From Mobula hypostoma (taxonomy: Eukaryota): DNA of 64,000 nt. The stretch covers positions 31,622,001 through 31,686,000 of the forward strand of contig NC_086108.1 of NCBI RefSeq assembly GCF_963921235.1. The letters run 5' to 3'. The notes below the pieces were generated by a model. The model saw only the letters and a list, made by a program, of their open reading frames with translations, ran no database searches and had not been told where the DNA came from. Below, one piece after another: positions 62,100 to 64,000 of this stretch (position 1 is the stretch's first letter; every line of letters starts with the position of its first letter). Both the position numbers and the translations under genes were made by a program.

Positions 62100-63660
62100 G
62101 AGACCTGTGTGATCAACTAGCTGGAGGGTTCATCAATATCTGTAACCTCTCACTTTAGCAGTCTGAGGTTCCTGTCTGCATCAAGCAGGCTTCAATTCTA
62201 CCAGTGACAAAGAAGACCATGGTAACCTGCCTCAATAATTATCATCCAGTAGCACTTACACCCACTGTAATGAATTGCTTTGAGATGTTGGTGATGAAAC
62301 ATGTCAACTCCTGTCTGAAAAGCAGCCAGGATCCACTCCAATTTGCCTACCATCACAGGTCAACAGGTCAGCAGCAGATGCAATTTCATTGGCTCTTCAC
62401 TCAATCCTTGAACATCTGGACAGCAAAGATGTATATATCAGGATGCACTTCATTGACTACAGCTTGGCTTTCAATGCTATCATCCCCTCAAAACTAATCA
62501 ATATGATTCATGTCTTAGGCTTCAATACCTCCTTGTGCAACTTGATCCTCAGTTGCAGACCCCAATCAACTGGGATTGGTGACAACATCTAGTACACAAT
62601 CTCCCTCAGCTCAGACGCACCAGAAGGCTGTGTGCTTAGCCCCCCCGCCCCCGCTCTACTCACTTTATAATTATTACTCTGAGGCTAAGCACAGCTCCAA
62701 TGCCATATATAAGTTTGCGATGACATCGCTGTCATTGGCTGTATCTACGGTGGTGACAATTTAGAATATAGGAGCGAGATTGAAAATTTGGCTGAGTGGT
62801 GCCACAGCAACAGCCTCTCACTCAATATCATCAAAGCTAAAGAGCTGATTATTGACTTCGGGAAGAGGAAACCAGAGGTCCATTTACCAGTCCTCACAGG
62901 GTGATCAGAGGTGGAAAAGATCAGCAACTTTAAATTCCTCAGTGTTTTCATCCCAGATGATCTATCCTGGGTCCAGCATGAAAGTGCTGTTATGAAGAAA
63001 GTACAGCAGTACCTCTACATTATTAGAAGTTGTGAAGATTTGACATGTCATTTAAAACTTGGACAAACTTCTGTAGATATGTGTTGGAGAGTATATTGAC
63101 TGGTTGTTCCATGGCCTGGTATGGAAACACCAAAGCCCTTGTATAGAAAAGCCTACAAATGGTAATGGATACGGTCCAGTCCTTCATCGGCACATTGAGC
63201 ACATCTACATGAAGTGTAGTCACAGGAAAGAGCATCCATCATCAAGGACCTCTACCACCTAGGCCATGCTCTCTTCTCACTGCTGCCATCAGGAAGAAGG
63301 TACGGAAGACCCAGGACTCGTACCACCAGGTTCAGGAACAGTTATTACCCATCAACCATCAGGTTCTTGAACCAGACGGGACAACTTCACTCACCTCATC
63401 ACTGAACTGGACTCACTTTCAGGAACTCCATGTTCTCGATATTTATTGTTTATTTATTTATTATTATTATCATTTCCTTTTTTTCTCATTCTTTTGGTAT
63501 TCACACGGTTTGTTGTCTTTTGCACATTGGCTGTTGTCCTTCCTGTCAGGGGTGGTCTTTCACTGATTCTATTGCGTTTCTTGCACTTACTGTGGTTGCC
63601 TGCAAGAAAGTGAATCTCAAGTTATATATGGCGACATACAAGTACTTGGATAATAATTAT
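62100..63660 (+). mobile_element. Rex1/Babar LINE RT and 3' part
   Basis: CLNNYHPVALT, DPLQFAY, FIDYSLAFNAI, FKFL, IIKD..H.GH.LF.LLPSGRR and 3' UTR. Confidence 0.85.
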
Positions 63661-64000
63661 ACTTACTGGCTTAAATTGTTAGTGGGGCAGTTCTAGAGTG
63701 ACAGAGAAATGGTTGTGCTGCAAATAGTGGGGAATGGTGTGCTAAATGTAGAGGGGAAAGAAACAAGATTAAAAACTGAGCCAATAACACAGAAAGATAA
63801 CTTACTGTTCATCAAAGCAGAGAATGTGAGTTGTCAGTAGTTAGATCTCAAGGCTGCAATCCCTCAGCTTGTAGGTTAGCTGCCCAGATGGAAAGTAAAC
63901 TTATGGTTTGAATCCATTACATTATTAGTGTTTCTGGGTGGAGTGGGCTGGATTTACTATAAATAAAAAGATTTAATCTAGTTGTTGATTAAAACATCAG

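Noticed and set aside
1..64000. Most short ORFs in the six-frame track as genes
   Set aside because: They are antisense or off-frame readings of TEs (e.g. 27614-28303, 40243-41073, 41777-42598) or chance ORFs with no recognisable domain

Overview
Eukaryotic, intronic or intergenic DNA made almost entirely of transposable elements. The repeat spectrum (CR1, Rex1/Babar, Penelope, V-SINE, L1/Tx1, Gypsy) suggests a cartilaginous fish, probably a ray; this is inference. No host gene, tRNA, rRNA or CRISPR array could be supported, and most ORF-track entries are TE fragments or antisense noise. Main structures: (1) A near-complete Mag-like Gypsy provirus (16047-20523, minus) inside a CR1 RT gene. 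It has no tRNA primer-binding site; a 15-nt perfect complement of its own LTR sits in PBS position and covers the AATAAA (candidate self-priming and poly(A) occlusion). (2) A Penelope-like family with a GIY-YIG endonuclease and minimal hammerhead-ribozyme motifs, about 9 copies including a fold-back copy. (3) A multi-level nest at 35.7-47.6 kb: a tRNA-Pro-primed endogenous retrovirus whose 5' LTR is split by an L1, which holds a CR1, a 1.5-kb tandem duplication and a Penelope hairpin. (4) Two solo LTRs, a decayed sushi-type chromovirus, hAT MITEs, a Tigger remnant, an RTE-related short retroposon and a 53-bp minisatellite. Boundaries of old fragments are approximate, and family names come from motif recognition, not database searches.
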